In this document: positions 8,986 to 19,263 of the stretch, piece after piece
Layout of the letters: the number at the start of each line of letters is the position of its first letter
Position numbering within the stretch: the first letter of the stretch is position 1
Origin: Thermoprotei archaeon
GTDB lineage: Archaea; Thermoproteota; Thermoprotei; Gearchaeales; Gearchaeaceae
Length of the DNA stretch: 64,000 bases
NCBI GenBank assembly: GCA_017857595.1
Contig: JAFMCU010000006.1
Span: 10,364 to 74,363 of the forward strand
Direction of reading: 5' to 3'
Program-made: the position numbers and the translations under genes
The notes under the pieces: model-generated
What the model was told of the DNA's origin: nothing
Database searches by the model: none
The model's input: only the letters and a program-made list of their open reading frames with translations

Positions 8986-9678
8986 TTATTTCTTTCTTAA
9001 GAATTCAATTGATTCTAAAATTTTTTTTCTTTCTTTACATCCTATGCATTCATTGCAAGGTTTTTCACTTGTTGAATGACAGCTCCATGTATATTCCAAT
9101 GGTACATTATATTGTATTATATATTTTAAAAGGTCAATTTTACTAAACTTTTTAAAAGGCAAAACAACTTTCAAACCCTTAATTTTACCTACAATTGTTC
9201 CTTTTTTAATTGATGAATTAATACTATTTATAAATGCATCGTTAACATCAGGTAATCTTAACGTATCTTCTTTTGTATGACCCGTGAATATTCTTGAAAC
9301 ACCTAGCGATTCTGCAAAATAAACAGATATATAGAAGAAAATTCCGTTTCTTGCAGGAATATAAAAACTTGGTAAGTTAAAACCATTTAAAATCTTTCTT
9401 GAAAAACTATCGTTTAAATCTGATATTTCTTTTAAGAATTGCAGATCTACTTCAATATGGCTTTTTACATTGGCCAATCTTGAAAGATATCTTGAAGCTT
9501 CAATTTCTTTTTGATTTCTACGATAATAGTTAAAGGATAAAGAATGAATTTCAAAATTAAATTGCTTCAAAATAAATAATAATGTTGCAGAATCGATTCC
9601 TCCTGATAAAAGAATTATACAGCTTTTATCTTCTACTCCTTCCAAAAGCTCCTTTTCTAGCTCCTTCATAAATTTCAA
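8986..9678 (-). CDS. queC: 7-cyano-7-deazaguanine synthase
   Basis: SGGIDS, YIPARN, TWSC(x8)CNECIGC zinc site. Confidence 0.93.
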   Translation of the reverse strand: MKFMKELEKELLEGVEDKSCIILLSGGIDSATLLFILKQFNFEIHSLSFNYYRRNQKEIEASRYLSRLANVKSHIEVDLQFLKEISDLNDSFSRKILNGFNLPSFYIPARNGIFFYISVYFAESLGVSRIFTGHTKEDTLRLPDVNDAFINSINSSIKKGTIVGKIKGLKVVLPFKKFSKIDLLKYIIQYNVPLEYTWSCHSTSEKPCNECIGCKERKKILESIEFLRKK

Positions 9679-10081
9679 CTTTTATCATCTTAATATGTTC
9701 AGGAAGAACTTGGATTAACTTCTTACTAATATCTTTTGCTAGGTTTTCAGTTGTTACTTCTTCATTCAATAAATACAGGTCTTTTTTTGGTAGCTCTATT
9801 TTAAACTCATCATAGCTAATTATGACCTTATCTTTATATTCCTCCTTCACATACCTTTTAGAAGCTATGAGCTTATGATCATACAATGATAAAGTATTCT
9901 TAATCATTTTTTTTAGTTCACCAAAATCTATAATCATATCAAAATCTTTTTGAATACCTATCAATTCTATTTTTACTTTTGCTGTATGACCGTGCAGTGG
10001 ATAACACTTAGAATGATTGGGGATGAAATGCGCATAATCAAACTCGTCTTCTATAAAAATTCCTAATTCTTCTTGAGACAT
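9626..10081 (-). CDS. queD: 6-carboxytetrahydropterin synthase
   Basis: AH..., CYPLHGH, DFGELK, DH, TTENLA. Confidence 0.9.
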   Translation of the reverse strand: MSQEELGIFIEDEFDYAHFIPNHSKCYPLHGHTAKVKIELIGIQKDFDMIIDFGELKKMIKNTLSLYDHKLIASKRYVKEEYKDKVIISYDEFKIELPKKDLYLLNEEVTTENLAKDISKKLIQVLPEHIKMIKVEIYEGARKGAFGRSRR

Positions 10082-10199
10082 CTCACAGTATGAATGAACA
10101 TATAATTAATCCTATTAAAACTTTTTTATCTATAAAAATAATTGTTAATATACATATTTTTAATGAAATTTAAATATTAAATATTTGTTTTAAAATTCG

Positions 10200-10673
10200 A
10201 TGAAATCAAAAGCTATTTCTAGAAATGTGATTGTTGTAATAGTTGTTGTCGTAATTCTAGCTGGAGTAGCAGCATACCTAGCTCAATTTTACTTAGCTCC
10301 TCCATCAAGTAGCGGAGCAGGTAAGACATTAACAGTCAACATCTATATAGGCGTGAATAAAACAACGAGTAGCAATCCCCAGGATTATGGAAGATATTTA
10401 ATTGTTCAACTACCTGCCAATGCTACATTTAAGGCAGGAGAACAAGTTCAAATAATTTTACACAACAATGATACATTCCCAAATCCCCACGTTCTTGCAA
10501 TCTATTTGAATGGAAATTTTGTAACAACGGTTCAAGCTAACGCTATGTCAACTGGTTCAGTTACAGTTACATTACAAGCAGGTACATACACAATAAGTTG
10601 CCAGATTTACTGCGGGGCTTATCATTTAGTAGTAGGTAAAATGCAAAACGTTATGTTATTATCAGTAAGCTAA
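10200..10673 (+). CDS. Membrane-anchored cupredoxin-domain protein
   Basis: N-terminal hydrophobic segment; upstream His (PH) and CQIYCGAYH(x5)M copper-ligand loop. Confidence 0.8.
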   Translation: MKSKAISRNVIVVIVVVVILAGVAAYLAQFYLAPPSSSGAGKTLTVNIYIGVNKTTSSNPQDYGRYLIVQLPANATFKAGEQVQIILHNNDTFPNPHVLAIYLNGNFVTTVQANAMSTGSVTVTLQAGTYTISCQIYCGAYHLVVGKMQNVMLLSVS

Positions 10674-10674
10674 T

Positions 10675-10956
10675 TCAATAGATTATTTCAAAATCGCTAA
10701 ACTCATTCAAATATTTTTCTTGAATTATTTCGATGTTTGTAACCAAAGCACCTTCTGGTCCTTTTTTGCAAAATTCTAGTATCTTATTAACATTTTCCTC
10801 ATCACCTTCAAATATAGCTTCAACCCTTCCATCAGGCAAGTTTTTTATCCAACCATTTATGTTTAGCTTTTTAGCTAACTTATATGTATAGTACCTAAAA
10901 GAAACGCCTTGAACGATGCCTTCTATGAATACATGCACTCTGACTTTTTTATCCAC
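10675..10956 (-). CDS. acyP: Acylphosphatase
   Basis: [23 protein letters not shown]. Confidence 0.95.
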   Translation of the reverse strand: MDKKVRVHVFIEGIVQGVSFRYYTYKLAKKLNINGWIKNLPDGRVEAIFEGDEENVNKILEFCKKGPEGALVTNIEIIQEKYLNEFSDFEIIY

Positions 10957-10960
10957 AATT

Positions 10961-12658
10961 TTAAGGTGATAATATTTGGGAATTTATTTTTTCAATTAGC
11001 TTTTTTATATTCTCTTCGTTTATTTCAGGTGAAAAGCACGTTTTACCTTTACATATATATACGCCTTCTTTTTGATAGGATTCATTTGATTCCTGAAAAT
11101 TAGTATACATTGATGGATGTAATAGAAATTTAAGATTTTTCATATATGAAAAAGCTTCTCCCATGTCTTGAAAAACAAGTTTAACTTCAATCGGATTTAA
11201 TGCGAAAAGTAAAGAATTAGCAAATGAACTTGCAAATACATTAAATCTCGGATAACTGTATGCTAACATAGAAGCTATATTCATAGATATTTTCTTATAA
11301 TCATCGTTATTTAAAATAAAACCAGCTAACATAAGCTCTCTGACAGCTAAGGAATTTTCTTGAATTGGATGATAGCTTTCTTTTAATAGGCCAAAATCTT
11401 CATCTAAAGTTACTTTATCTTTTAATAGCCCGTATTCATCTAAATAATAGTTTGTTAAAACCTTACAAATATGATCGATTTTATCGAGATAATATTTATC
11501 AAATGTTAGTTGATACAAATTGTTTAAAAGTCTGAGAAAAAGGACATTGTCGTTTAGATAAGAAATTTCTTGTTTTAAAGAATGAACTATTCCCTTCTCC
11601 CTTAATCTTTTATTTATTATCACTTCAGCAATTTCCTTGGCCAATTTTACGCTTTCTTCTTTACCAAATATTATCCCATAAAAAATTAAAGCGTCTGCAC
11701 AAATTGAGTTATAGCAACTGTATAGATTTGGATCTTTGTATGGTTCCTTCATTTTTAGTCTTTCGTCTAAAGATTTTGAATAATATTCCTCATCAGCATC
11801 TTGACTAGCATAAAATAAATTTTCTTTTATATCGAACATTTTATTCATAAGATACGAATAAGTTTTATCGCATGCTTCTTTGAAATCATTTTCATTTGTT
11901 AAATAATATGCTATTGAATATATCTTCAATAGATTAGAATTGGTTTCTAACATTTTTTCATAATGGGGTGTCTTCCAATCTCTTGTAACACTATATCTGA
12001 AAAATCCACCTTCTATTCTATCATAGAGTCCATTCAAAATACCCTTTAATGTTTTTACAAACATCAATTTGAATCCTTCCTTTTTTGTAAGCATATACAT
12101 ATTTTCTAAGAAAAGTATTGCATCAGGTAGAGGAAATTTGGATTCCATTCCAAAACCTCCATATATGTTATCGAAAGAATTGATTAATATGTCAGCAATA
12201 TCCCATATAACCTTTACATTCAATTCACCTTTAGGTGGCTGAGTTCTTTTTATCTGTTGCTGTTGTTCTAAATCTTTTATTTTTTCACTCTTTGAAAGAG
12301 AGATCATTTCTTTTAGAATTTCTTTAAATTGTTCTGGAGGAACATAAGTTCCCCCTGTGATAATATTACCTTCATATGTTAAGAAAACAAAAGTTGGGTA
12401 ACCTCCAAAGTTATATCTTTCACTTATATCAGGTCTTTCATCTACATCAACCCTAATAGGGATGAAGTTTTCATTTATTAGTTTTATTACTTCTTCATCA
12501 GAGTAAGTTGTTTCATCCATCACATGACACCAATGACACCAAACACCAGATAAACTAAGCAGAATTAATTTATTCTTCTTTTTAGCAAGCTCAAAAGTTT
12601 CCTTATTCCAATATTTCCAATTTATCTTCCAAGCATTACCCCTAATTCTCTCATTCAT
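10961..12658 (-). CDS. YyaL/DUF255 thioredoxin-domain protein
   Basis: [31 protein letters not shown]. Confidence 0.9.
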   Translation of the reverse strand: MNERIRGNAWKINWKYWNKETFELAKKKNKLILLSLSGVWCHWCHVMDETTYSDEEVIKLINENFIPIRVDVDERPDISERYNFGGYPTFVFLTYEGNIITGGTYVPPEQFKEILKEMISLSKSEKIKDLEQQQQIKRTQPPKGELNVKVIWDIADILINSFDNIYGGFGMESKFPLPDAILFLENMYMLTKKEGFKLMFVKTLKGILNGLYDRIEGGFFRYSVTRDWKTPHYEKMLETNSNLLKIYSIAYYLTNENDFKEACDKTYSYLMNKMFDIKENLFYASQDADEEYYSKSLDERLKMKEPYKDPNLYSCYNSICADALIFYGIIFGKEESVKLAKEIAEVIINKRLREKGIVHSLKQEISYLNDNVLFLRLLNNLYQLTFDKYYLDKIDHICKVLTNYYLDEYGLLKDKVTLDEDFGLLKESYHPIQENSLAVRELMLAGFILNNDDYKKISMNIASMLAYSYPRFNVFASSFANSLLFALNPIEVKLVFQDMGEAFSYMKNLKFLLHPSMYTNFQESNESYQKEGVYICKGKTCFSPEINEENIKKLIEKINSQILSP

Positions 12659-12688
12659 TTACTTAACTTTTGTATTATTTAAAATATA

Positions 12689-13180
12689 TTAGGTTAACTT
12701 ATTCACTCTGATTGGCATCTTTACAAGTTCTTTTCCGCATATTTCGCAAAGATCATCGGATTCAGAAAATCGATTACAATGTTTGCAAAAGTTTTTCCAA
12801 ATTATTTTATTCTTAATACCTAAGGTTGCAATACTTTTGAATCGTATATTTAAATTTGACAATATATTTTGTATTGAATAATCGTCTGTATAAACTATAA
12901 AATTCTCTTTATATATCTCACTTAATTCTATCGCTGCTGCTATTAATTCAATGTCAGCTTCTGAAAGATTCTTTTTAAAAAATCTCTTAGATTTTTCATT
13001 GGCAACCTTTATTGCATTCTTCGAAGGTTCATAAATTATAGCTTTTGAAAGTATGTATTCCAATCTTAATTTAGATTTTAAACTTCTTGCTTCCATCGCT
13101 ACTTTTGAAGTTAAGTATATTTTTTCACATTCTAATTTTAAATCATGAATTAGAACAGAAGTGTCGATTAAGCAAATCAT
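12689..13180 (-). CDS. nob1: Nob1-like PIN endonuclease with zinc ribbon
   Basis: IDTS, LSEADIE, TDDYSIQN, CKHC..CEICG. Confidence 0.9.
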   Translation of the reverse strand: MICLIDTSVLIHDLKLECEKIYLTSKVAMEARSLKSKLRLEYILSKAIIYEPSKNAIKVANEKSKRFFKKNLSEADIELIAAAIELSEIYKENFIVYTDDYSIQNILSNLNIRFKSIATLGIKNKIIWKNFCKHCNRFSESDDLCEICGKELVKMPIRVNKLT

Positions 13181-13986
13181 ATATCGAGAACACTTCTAAT
13201 TCTTATCTTATCATAAAATTTATTTGAAAATCTAATAAAATTCAAACTTTTATTCGACCCTTTAATTCTTATAACTTCATTAGCTTTACAATTTCTCTTT
13301 ATATTCCCATCTATTATGGTGATAAAATCCTTATCGGAACTTACTTCTAAATTAACATAAAATGGAACAACTAATACACGCGAACCCCATTTGAGTGGAT
13401 TTAATGGATCTACAACGAAAACATTAAGATTGGGGTCTATAATAGGTCCATTTCTACTTGCAATATAAGCTGTTGAGCCTAAGCTACTAGAAATTATTAT
13501 TCCATCGCACCTTCCTGAAAATATTTTAGTATCATTCATATTTACAGAAAACGTTGATACTTTTCCAATGTTTGATACATGAATTAAAACTTCATTTAAT
13601 GCATATATTACTCTTCCTTCATGAAAAATTTCTATTAACTTTCTTTTTTCTACTTTAAAATCCCCTTTTAATAATTTTTTTAAATTCTCCTCAAGATTGC
13701 TTGGATCTACTTCACATAAAAATCCAACACTCCCAAATTTTATTCCTAAAAGCTTGGAATTGTAACCTACTAATTTATTAACATGCACAAGCAAAGTTCC
13801 ATCTCCGCCGAGCCAAATTATAAAATCCAAATCCTTTTCATTCCACATTATATTCTTCTTTCCTACAATCTGAGCAATCTCATCATCATAGTAAACTTCA
13901 ATTTTATTTTTAAATAGAAAATCCTCTATTATAGAAAGATACTTCAAAGCTTCTTTATCATTCTTTGATATAATGCCTACTTTCAT
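13177..13986 (-). CDS. nadK: NAD kinase
   Basis: GGDGT, GSVGFL, LNE, DG...GSTAY. Confidence 0.93.
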   Translation of the reverse strand: MKVGIISKNDKEALKYLSIIEDFLFKNKIEVYYDDEIAQIVGKKNIMWNEKDLDFIIWLGGDGTLLVHVNKLVGYNSKLLGIKFGSVGFLCEVDPSNLEENLKKLLKGDFKVEKRKLIEIFHEGRVIYALNEVLIHVSNIGKVSTFSVNMNDTKIFSGRCDGIIISSSLGSTAYIASRNGPIIDPNLNVFVVDPLNPLKWGSRVLVVPFYVNLEVSSDKDFITIIDGNIKRNCKANEVIRIKGSNKSLNFIRFSNKFYDKIRIRSVLDI

Positions 13987-14039
13987 TGTTCAGATATTAT
14001 ATTGCAAAATATTTATAGCAAAGAAGCCTATATAAACCT

Positions 14040-14429
14040 ATGAGTGTTAAAATAGCTGATGCTGGTTCTATTAAAGAAGGCTCATACATTGTTATCGAAG
14101 ACGTACCTTGCAGAGTTGTTGAGGTTGAGAAATCAAAAACAGGTAAGCATGGCTCTGCAAAGGTAAGAATAGTCGGTGTTAGTATAATCGATAGTTCAAA
14201 AAAAGTTTTAACTGTTCCTGCAGATGCACAAGTGAACATTCCAATTATTGAAAAAAAGTATGCTCAAGTAATAAATGTATTGCAAGATACGGTTCAATTA
14301 ATGGATTTATCAACATATGAGTTTTATGAAGTTCCCAAACCTAAGGAATTAGCTGATAAACTATCCAATGGAATGGAGGTTGAAGTTTGGCAAGTATTAA
14401 ATTACAAATTTATCTCCAGGATTAGGTAG
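14040..14429 (+). CDS. eif5a: Translation factor aIF5A
   Basis: KSKTGKHGSAK hypusine motif. Confidence 0.97.
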   Translation: MSVKIADAGSIKEGSYIVIEDVPCRVVEVEKSKTGKHGSAKVRIVGVSIIDSSKKVLTVPADAQVNIPIIEKKYAQVINVLQDTVQLMDLSTYEFYEVPKPKELADKLSNGMEVEVWQVLNYKFISRIR

Positions 14430-15057
14430 GTTTCAATTTTTCTCTTTCTTCCAAAGTATTTTCTATTCCTTTAGCAAACAAGTAATAGTTTAACTTATCT
14501 TTACTCATGATTTCAATTCTTAGTCTTTCATAGATTGCTTCTTCTAAATTGGCAATACCACATCTCTTTTTAATATCCTCATAACTTTCAAATTTTTTCT
14601 TACTTCTCTCAAAAAGAATCTTTTCTACAGTTTTCTTACCAATCCTTTCAAATAACTCAAGTGAATGCATTCTAGGAGATATGGGACCTGATGTATTGAA
14701 GAATTCAACGAATCGTTGTTCATCTGTTTTAACTATTTGCTTTAATATATTATCCAACTCAATCTTTGCCTCATCAACTAGTTCCTCATAAATCAGCCTA
14801 GCACTAATCCTTTTTATCTTTGTCCTGCCAAATTTTCCTGCATAAACTAACTCATCTTTTTGTAGAACAACTCCAGGGTCTGAAACAACTTCCAGCAAAG
14901 TAAAGTAGTCTTTACCTAAACTTTGCGAATAAACTTCTTTAAATTTTTGAAAACTAAAAGGAGGCTTTTTTTCCTTCACGCTTTTTTGTGGAATATTATA
15001 CGCTAATATATAAACAAAGTCTTCATAATAGTATCTTTTCTTATAAGAAAAACTCAT
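14422..15057 (-). CDS. DUF655 RNA-binding protein
   Basis: FTLLE, FVEFFNTSGPISPRMHSLEL; follows rpo4. Confidence 0.88.
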   Translation of the reverse strand: MSFSYKKRYYYEDFVYILAYNIPQKSVKEKKPPFSFQKFKEVYSQSLGKDYFTLLEVVSDPGVVLQKDELVYAGKFGRTKIKRISARLIYEELVDEAKIELDNILKQIVKTDEQRFVEFFNTSGPISPRMHSLELFERIGKKTVEKILFERSKKKFESYEDIKKRCGIANLEEAIYERLRIEIMSKDKLNYYLFAKGIENTLEEREKLKPT

Positions 15058-15062
15058 TGGAA

Positions 15063-15380
15063 TTATTTATGAATAATAGAAAGAATTTTTTCTAAATCTT
15101 CTCTACTAAAGTATTTATCAGAAGGCAAAATGGATCTTAATTCTTCAATATTTGTTGGCATTATATTAACAATTTGTACACAAATATCACGTGTTAAATT
15201 TAACTGATTCATCAACTTATCTATAATTTCTTTTGCTTTATCTGCAGGAATTTTAGAAAATTTTTTAACGTATTCATACATTTTTTTCTGACCCTCTTTT
15301 AACTCATTTTCGGACATTCTCTTCTCTAGTATTTCTAATACCTCAGGTAAACTAATATCTTTATAATATAGTATCTTCAT
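15063..15380 (-). CDS. rpo4: RNA polymerase subunit Rpo4 (F)
   Basis: ISLPEV, YVKKFSK, QIVNIMP...ELRSIL. Confidence 0.92.
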   Translation of the reverse strand: MKILYYKDISLPEVLEILEKRMSENELKEGQKKMYEYVKKFSKIPADKAKEIIDKLMNQLNLTRDICVQIVNIMPTNIEELRSILPSDKYFSREDLEKILSIIHK

Positions 15381-15447
15381 TTTTGATTAACTAATATGAT
15401 ATAATTTATATGCTTATAACATAATAATATTTTCTAATAATTTAAAA

Positions 15448-15753
15448 ATGCCAGCCACAAAAGGGTATAGGAAAAAAACGAGAAAATTATTATCTTATAG
15501 GAGAGCAAGAAAAGGTCTATCACAATATATGATAAACTATGATATTGGAGAGAAGGTAATAATAAACATAAATCCTATAAGAATTGAGACTGCACCTCAT
15601 AAAAGATATCAAGGTAAAGTTGGAACAATAGTAGGAATTAGAGGTAAAGCATACATAATTGAGTTAAATATTGGTAGTAAAGTTAAAAAAATCATAACAA
15701 CAAAAGAACATATTATGAAATACCAAGCTGTAAATGAGCTCAGGGCTAGATAG
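15448..15753 (+). CDS. rpl21e: 50S ribosomal protein eL21
   Basis: KGYRKKTRKLL, PHKRYQGKVG. Confidence 0.95.
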   Translation: MPATKGYRKKTRKLLSYRRARKGLSQYMINYDIGEKVIININPIRIETAPHKRYQGKVGTIVGIRGKAYIIELNIGSKVKKIITTKEHIMKYQAVNELRAR

Positions 15754-16195
15754 ATTTAAAGATTATGTAACAAAGAACAAAATAGACTGTGAAATTATTA
15801 TTTTAAACGAAAGTACAAGAACTTCACAACTTGCTGCTAAAGCGTTAGGTTGCACAGTTGCAGAAATTGCTAAATCTATAGTTTTTACATGCGACAGACC
15901 TTTCATAATTATACTATCAGGCGATAAAAGGGTAAATTTGAATAAGCTTTCAAAAATTGTGAATTGCAACCCTAAATTAGCAGATGCTAATAAAGTCTAC
16001 GAAGAAACAGGATATTCAATTGGAGGTGTGCCTCCTTTTGGCCATAAGAAAGAAATTAAAGTTTATTTAGACAAATCAATTGAAAGGTTTAAACATGTTT
16101 ATGCCGCTGCAGGAGAAAGCAATGCAATAATAAAAATTTCTGTAGAAAATTTGAAGAAATATACTAATGCAGAATTAGTAGATGTTAGTGAATAA
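15734..16195 (+). CDS. YbaK/EbsC aminoacyl-tRNA deacylase
   Basis: IAKS, TGYSIGGVPPFG. Confidence 0.92.
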   Translation: MSSGLDRFKDYVTKNKIDCEIIILNESTRTSQLAAKALGCTVAEIAKSIVFTCDRPFIIILSGDKRVNLNKLSKIVNCNPKLADANKVYEETGYSIGGVPPFGHKKEIKVYLDKSIERFKHVYAAAGESNAIIKISVENLKKYTNAELVDVSE

Positions 16196-17438
16196 TTTCT
16201 AGTTTTTTCTCCAAATCTGGGGCTATAGATATTATATTAAGTGATAACACTTTTACATTTGTGTTAGCAATTTGAGCAATATTAGGATTAGTTCTTCCAT
16301 TATCCCCATGGGCTAGTTCTTTAATATAAAGGCCTCCTTGACAACGAATATGTAATTCTGCTTTATTATTATCGATTTTTTTAGCCTTTACATCATAGAT
16401 CATTTTGTATCGATACTTATCCTTCCTTCTATGTAATACTCTTGTAGGTGTTCTTTGAACAATAACTCTATTCGTCAATTCTTTCTCTATTTTAAACAAT
16501 ATATCATCCCCGATTTCTTTTTCAAACTCAACTAGTAAAACATAAGTTTTCTCGTCATATCTAGTAAAAACTGTCATCTTTTTTACCGCATCTCTATTAA
16601 CTTCAATCAAATTCTTAACAAATACAGCTCCATCAGAATTTGTGTTTACAACTTTTTCTAATTCAGAAAGATTTACTTTTCTTTTAATAGGCCTTACAAC
16701 TTCTACAATAAAAGGCCTTCCTTCGTTTAATGTTAAAACATCGATATCTTCCCTACCTGCAGCATGGAATATACTCTTTTGTGCTTGAAAAGCACTTGTA
16801 AAATGAGGTAGAATATATCCTTCTACAGATGGAGCTTTATCATAACCTGTGTAATCACATTCTGAGCATCCCTTACCATAGCATACATAACAATAGCTTC
16901 TTGTTTGTGATAATCCTTTTTTACTCTTTATATATCTTCCATAAATGTATATATTTTGAGGAATCAATTCTATTTGATTTTTCTCAGCGTCAAAGGAAAT
17001 CATTAAATGGTAATCTTTAGATTTTGCTATTTTGCCTAACTTTTTTGCAATATAATTTGAAAACAATCTATTGAAAGTTTGCTTAATTGATTCACCAGAA
17101 CTAATTTGGAACCGTACCCTTATTTCATCTTCATGCAGTATAAGCTTTTTTGGCACTTTTATGCTTGTATAAATACTATCAAACTCATATGCTTGTATTT
17201 TAGAGATTAAAGAAGGTATTTCCTTTTTAAATTTTATGAATGTATTATTGCATAAATAGCAAGGCCTATCAGATTTAACTGGCTCCTTTAAATTCTTTAA
17301 AGCTTCAATTTTAAGAGCTTTTCCAAATTTAATCAAATTTTTAAAACTTGGATGATAAAACAATCTTCCTATACAAATTGAACATATTTTATAATTTTTT
17401 AATATATTTGTTACTTTTATTATTAGCTCTCTATTCAT
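16185..17438 (-). CDS. pus10: tRNA pseudouridine(54/55) synthase
   Basis: GRYIK, HAAGREDIDV, QRTPTRV, GLYIKEL. Confidence 0.95.
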   Translation of the reverse strand: MNRELIIKVTNILKNYKICSICIGRLFYHPSFKNLIKFGKALKIEALKNLKEPVKSDRPCYLCNNTFIKFKKEIPSLISKIQAYEFDSIYTSIKVPKKLILHEDEIRVRFQISSGESIKQTFNRLFSNYIAKKLGKIAKSKDYHLMISFDAEKNQIELIPQNIYIYGRYIKSKKGLSQTRSYCYVCYGKGCSECDYTGYDKAPSVEGYILPHFTSAFQAQKSIFHAAGREDIDVLTLNEGRPFIVEVVRPIKRKVNLSELEKVVNTNSDGAVFVKNLIEVNRDAVKKMTVFTRYDEKTYVLLVEFEKEIGDDILFKIEKELTNRVIVQRTPTRVLHRRKDKYRYKMIYDVKAKKIDNNKAELHIRCQGGLYIKELAHGDNGRTNPNIAQIANTNVKVLSLNIISIAPDLEKKLEIIH

Positions 17439-18748
17439 CTAGTAGGAAATGCAAAACCCACTCTTTTTAATCTCTTGATGTTTCTTTTAATCATAAAATA
17501 GCTTTCAATTAACTTTTCAACATCCTTAACTTCTGTTCCTGAACCTTTTGATATTCTTCTAATTCTGGATTTATCTATTATTTTTGGGTCTTTTATTTCT
17601 TCAGCGGTCATTGAATTAATTATTGCTTCCCATTTTTTCAAGCTCTCTTCAGCTGACTTCAAGACATCATCTGGAAGATTCATGTTAAAGCCAGGTATCA
17701 AGCTTAAAAGCTTGCCTAATGGGCCCGCTTTCCTAAACTCTTTTATCTGCATAACCATCTCTTTTATTGTAAATTCACCTGCTAAGAATCTCTCTTTTGA
17801 TATTTGCTCTTTAACTTGAGCCTCTTCAATTCTATTCGCTAGAGCTTCTAAATCACCCAATCCAAGAAGTCGGTTGACAAAACTAACAGGATTAAAGACT
17901 TCAAAATCTTCTATACCTTCTCCTGTACCAATGAAGCTTATCTTTGCATTGGTTGCCTTAGCTGCGCTTATTGCACCTCCACCTTTAGCTGAACCATCCA
18001 ATTTAGTTACTATAATGCTTCCTATCTTTGTATTTTCATTAAAGGTCTTTGCTTGATTGTAAGCTGATTGACCAATAGTTCCATCAATTACGAGCAACAC
18101 ATGGTCAGGATTTATTTTAAGAGATAAATTTTTCATTTCTTCCATTAAATTCTTTTCATCCTTATGCCTTCCTGCAGTATCAATTATAATAACATTACAT
18201 TTTTTTTCCTTGAGATATTTTATTCCATCCAGTGCTATTTTTATTGAATCTTTTTCTTCTAATGAACCATAAAATTCAACTTGAATTTTTTCAGCTAGCT
18301 GTTTTAGTTGATAATAAGCACCTAACCTATAAGTATCTGCGCAAATTAAACCAGGTATATAGCCTCTGATTTTATAATAACGAGCAAGTTTTGCGGCTGT
18401 GGTAGTTTTACCTGAACCTTGTATACCTACGAGCATCAAGATATTTGTTTTTGTGGGATCTAAATAGAGCGTATAAGGTTTTTTCCCTCCTAATATTTCT
18501 ATTAATCCGTCATAAAGTTTCTTTAAGATAATATCTTTTTTAGTGAAACTTGTTGGAGGGGGTTCCTTTGCAGCTTTTTCCAAATTTTTACTAAGTTCTA
18601 AAACTATGTTTATGCTTACATCAGCTCTAATTAAAATTCTTTGTATATCTCTAATGAAGTCTTTTATCGATGCTTCATCGCCAGTGCTTCCTTTAAGCTT
18701 GTTTATTGCGCTTATTAATGATTGGGAAATTTCTTTTAGAAAGCTCAT
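17435..18748 (-). CDS. srp54: Signal recognition particle 54 kDa protein
   Basis: GIQGSGKTT, DTAGR, TKLDG, M domain SMT...RIRRISKGSG. Confidence 0.97.
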   Translation of the reverse strand: MSFLKEISQSLISAINKLKGSTGDEASIKDFIRDIQRILIRADVSINIVLELSKNLEKAAKEPPPTSFTKKDIILKKLYDGLIEILGGKKPYTLYLDPTKTNILMLVGIQGSGKTTTAAKLARYYKIRGYIPGLICADTYRLGAYYQLKQLAEKIQVEFYGSLEEKDSIKIALDGIKYLKEKKCNVIIIDTAGRHKDEKNLMEEMKNLSLKINPDHVLLVIDGTIGQSAYNQAKTFNENTKIGSIIVTKLDGSAKGGGAISAAKATNAKISFIGTGEGIEDFEVFNPVSFVNRLLGLGDLEALANRIEEAQVKEQISKERFLAGEFTIKEMVMQIKEFRKAGPLGKLLSLIPGFNMNLPDDVLKSAEESLKKWEAIINSMTAEEIKDPKIIDKSRIRRISKGSGTEVKDVEKLIESYFMIKRNIKRLKRVGFAFPTR

Positions 18749-19080
18749 TTATCTTGCTTTTTTATCGAACTAATGAATGCCGAAATAGCTTCTCTTAAGT
18801 TCATATCATATTTAACCACGTATACAGGCCTTGTACCTTTTATTTTCGTTAGTTCTTCTAGAAACTTGGCTTTCTTTAGACCTCTTTCATACAATCCGCC
18901 TGTTTCTTTTATACAAAGGTTCATGGGATTTAGTTTTATCTTGAGACTTTTTAAATAATCTAAAAAGGAAATATACAATTGAGTATTTGACCAATCTATA
19001 TTATGTTCTTCACAAACATGAATCCATATATCTATAGTGTTGTGATAAATAACATCTTCTTTAAAGTTTTTTTGTATCAT
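18745..19080 (-). CDS. Hypothetical protein coupled to srp54
   Basis: 111-aa ORF overlapping the srp54 start by 4 nt; no recognised family. Confidence 0.7.
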   Translation of the reverse strand: MIQKNFKEDVIYHNTIDIWIHVCEEHNIDWSNTQLYISFLDYLKSLKIKLNPMNLCIKETGGLYERGLKKAKFLEELTKIKGTRPVYVVKYDMNLREAISAFISSIKKQDK

Positions 19081-19133
19081 TTTAACTTATTATCTTACAT
19101 AGTTGTTTTATTTTTAGTTAAAGATATATTTTT

Positions 19134-19207
19134 GGGCCCATAGCTTAGCGGATCAAAGCGTCAGCCTTCGGAGCTGAAGATCGTGGGTTCGAATCCCACT
19201 GGGCCCG
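19134..19207 (+). tRNA. tRNA-Arg(TCG)
   Basis: GGGCCCA/TGGGCCC acceptor, TCAGC-CTTCGGA-GCTGA, GGTTCGAATCC; no CCA. Confidence 0.96.
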
Positions 19208-19263
19208 TTGAAAAATAAACCACTTATAGCTATTTTAAAAAGAAAAGAAAAATTTTCTATTTT

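Noticed and set aside
13997-14239. 80-aa minus-strand ORF
   Set aside because: Antisense to aIF5A with no motif.
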